Below, in pieces: positions 42,403-43,909 of a stretch of DNA of 43,909 bases (positions within the stretch are counted from its first letter, which is position 1; every line of letters begins with the position of its first letter). Origin of the DNA: a virus (Duplodnaviria; Caudoviricetes); IMG/VR virus record IMGVR_UViG_3300037461_000364, positions 1 to 43,909 of that record; one strand, written 5' to 3'. The notes beneath the pieces are model-generated. The model did not search any database. It worked only from the letters and a program-made list of their open reading frames with translations, and was not told the origin of the DNA. Position numbers and translations under genes: made by a program.

Positions 42403-42750
42403 ATGCGCAACATGGAGATCGGGAAAACGCTGGAGCGCATGCGCGAGGAGCGCCGGCTGCGGGCCGCCGACGTGGCCGCGCGGATCGGCATGAGCCGGTC
42501 CTACGTCTCGCGCTGCGAGTCTGGGGAGATCACCCCGAGCCTGGACGCCCTGGAGAAATTCGCCGCCGCCATCGGGGTGCGGCTATGCGAGATCGTCGCC
42601 CGCGCCGAAGGCGTCGCCATCGTCGTCCGCGAGGAAACGCGCGAGCAGGCCGCGACCCGTCACCTCATGGAATCGCTCGATGCCCAGCAGCGCTACAAGC
42701 TGGAAGCGATCGCGGCAATACTCAATGATGACCCGCAGGGGTCTTCGTAG
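42403..42750 (+). CDS. CI-like XRE HTH repressor (no peptidase domain)
   Basis: LERMREERRLRAADVAARIGMSRSYVSRCESGEITPSLDALEKFAAAIG. Confidence 0.85.
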   Translation: MRNMEIGKTLERMREERRLRAADVAARIGMSRSYVSRCESGEITPSLDALEKFAAAIGVRLCEIVARAEGVAIVVREETREQAATRHLMESLDAQQRYKLEAIAAILNDDPQGSS

Positions 42751-42977
42751 CCTTGTCGCATGCCGAACGACCGGCAGTCTTGGCTGCGTCCTCGGGCGGC
42801 TTCTGCGCGTTCTTGTTCCACAAAAAAAGCCAGTGCCGCCGCCAGCTTCCCGACGTTGCGATCATGCCAAGATGCCTGAGATTGCCGCCGCCCATGTTTC
42901 AGTTCCAATCAGAAAACCCGCTTGGCGGGCTATAGCTCAGATTCGCGGCCGCAAAGCGCGCGGCCAGCACATGCTTA

Positions 42978-43589
42978 CTACTCCCAAGCCGAAAATCCGC
43001 TCGGCGGACTGTAGCTCAATGATCCCGATGCAAATCTCGCTGAAATTATTGGTTGCGTCGTTGCCGCTTTATACAGTGATTCAGCCGCAAATAATGTTCC
43101 GGACACTCCTGTAAATGCCGCATTCGTGCCGGCTGCCGGGTCTCCGCTTGCCTGCCATGTGTTGTTTTTGGCAAACCAGATTTTCCCGTTGTCGAGATCG
43201 ACCGCAATGCCGAGGATGTCACCGGCAGCAAGGGTTGCGCCACAAGCGGTTCCGGTTCCGTTGTTATATTTGTTGCCGGAACTATGTTCATATCCGTAGC
43301 TTGTCGAATTGCTGCCGACGTTGGCGCTGCTTGACAGGGCTGAAGTGGCAATCCCATGAATTGACCAATCACCACCGCCCGATCCATTCGTCGTATCTAT
43401 GCGTATTTCGTAATACCACTTGCCCGAACTTTTCGGAGACAGGGCACGCACCAAGCTCCATGTATTTCCACTGTTTGCGCGCGTCGCCGTGAGATTGCCG
43501 TTGCTGAGGGTGATTTCACTCGCCTTGTCGGACGGGTTGAATGCGTTCGCGCCGACATATCTAGAAAAAAACGCTGGGCCTGTTTTCAT
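42978..43589 (-). CDS. SPRY/B30.2-domain protein, last gene of the tail operon
   Basis: ITLSNGNLTA...SSGKWYYEI...GDILGIAVDLDNGKIWFAKN...YSPPSGF. Confidence 0.85.
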   Translation of the reverse strand: MKTGPAFFSRYVGANAFNPSDKASEITLSNGNLTATRANSGNTWSLVRALSPKSSGKWYYEIRIDTTNGSGGGDWSIHGIATSALSSSANVGSNSTSYGYEHSSGNKYNNGTGTACGATLAAGDILGIAVDLDNGKIWFAKNNTWQASGDPAAGTNAAFTGVSGTLFAAESLYKAATTQPIISARFASGSLSYSPPSGFSAWE

Positions 43590-43909
43590 GCCATGCCCTT
43601 AAGCAGCGAACAGAAAAGCGTATCGTCTGTAGCGTCATATTGGCATGACAAGAAGTCTTTTGAGTTCGCCGCTGTGGACAGCACTGGCGTTCCCCCAGAA
43701 AACTTGTATTTACTACCGTATGCCAGCGTTCTGCTACCTGTAGCATCCTGAATTATCCTAAAATTGATCACCTGCCCGTCGTAAAGTCCGGTCGGATTCG
43801 CCAGGGTGCGATTGCCCGCGAGTGTGACGCGGAAGCTGTCGGAAATACCTGCTGGCACGTCGATAGTGGCTGCATCGGTCAGCCAATAAACGCACCACTT
43901 GCCGAACCT
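43586..43909 (-). CDS. 3' part of the junction-spanning tailspike gene
   Basis: In frame with 1..1480; C-terminal domain FRVTLAGNRTLANPT...IIQDATGSRTLAYGSKYKF..G.PVLSTAANSKD. Confidence 0.85.
   Translation of the reverse strand, partial: RFGKWCVYWLTDAATIDVPAGISDSFRVTLAGNRTLANPTGLYDGQVINFRIIQDATGSRTLAYGSKYKFSGGTPVLSTAANSKDFLSCQYDATDDTLFCSLLKGMA
43783..43909. repeat. Terminal direct repeat, copy 2
   Basis: Identical to 1-127. Confidence 0.95.

Overview
This window is a complete, circularly assembled genome of a temperate, long-tailed (siphovirus-like) dsDNA phage. Bases 1-127 repeat exactly at 43783-43909, giving a unique length of about 43,782 bp. It is high-GC and probably has a proteobacterial host (inference). 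Almost all genes are on the minus strand. Reading down from 42.3 kb, the order is: (1) CI/Cro-like switch, CII-like regulator, small tyrosine recombinase and Lar-like protein; (2) primase-helicase, iteron-rich origin, XerC-like integrase and Mor/C-like activator; (3) large serine recombinase, ParB-N protein and a Bro-N antirepressor with a C4-like antisense RNA; (4) protease-scaffold-capsid fusion, neck and tail tube; (5) terminase and portal; (6) lysis genes, including an endolysin fused to a holin-like domain; (7) fibre module and minor head protein; (8) tape measure, tail tip, a beta-helix tailspike spanning the contig junction, and a SPRY protein. The main discovery is a two-cassette integron array with clear attC sites between the portal and lysis genes, with no IntI in the genome. 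Its ORFs are inverted relative to the attC sites, so phage late transcription would read them, and they borrow their stop codons and C-termini from the neighbouring att site. Other notable items are a four-copy late promoter element that doubles as a terminator, three unrelated recombinases, and a scrambled morphogenesis gene order. All family calls come from motif recognition by eye; no searches were run.
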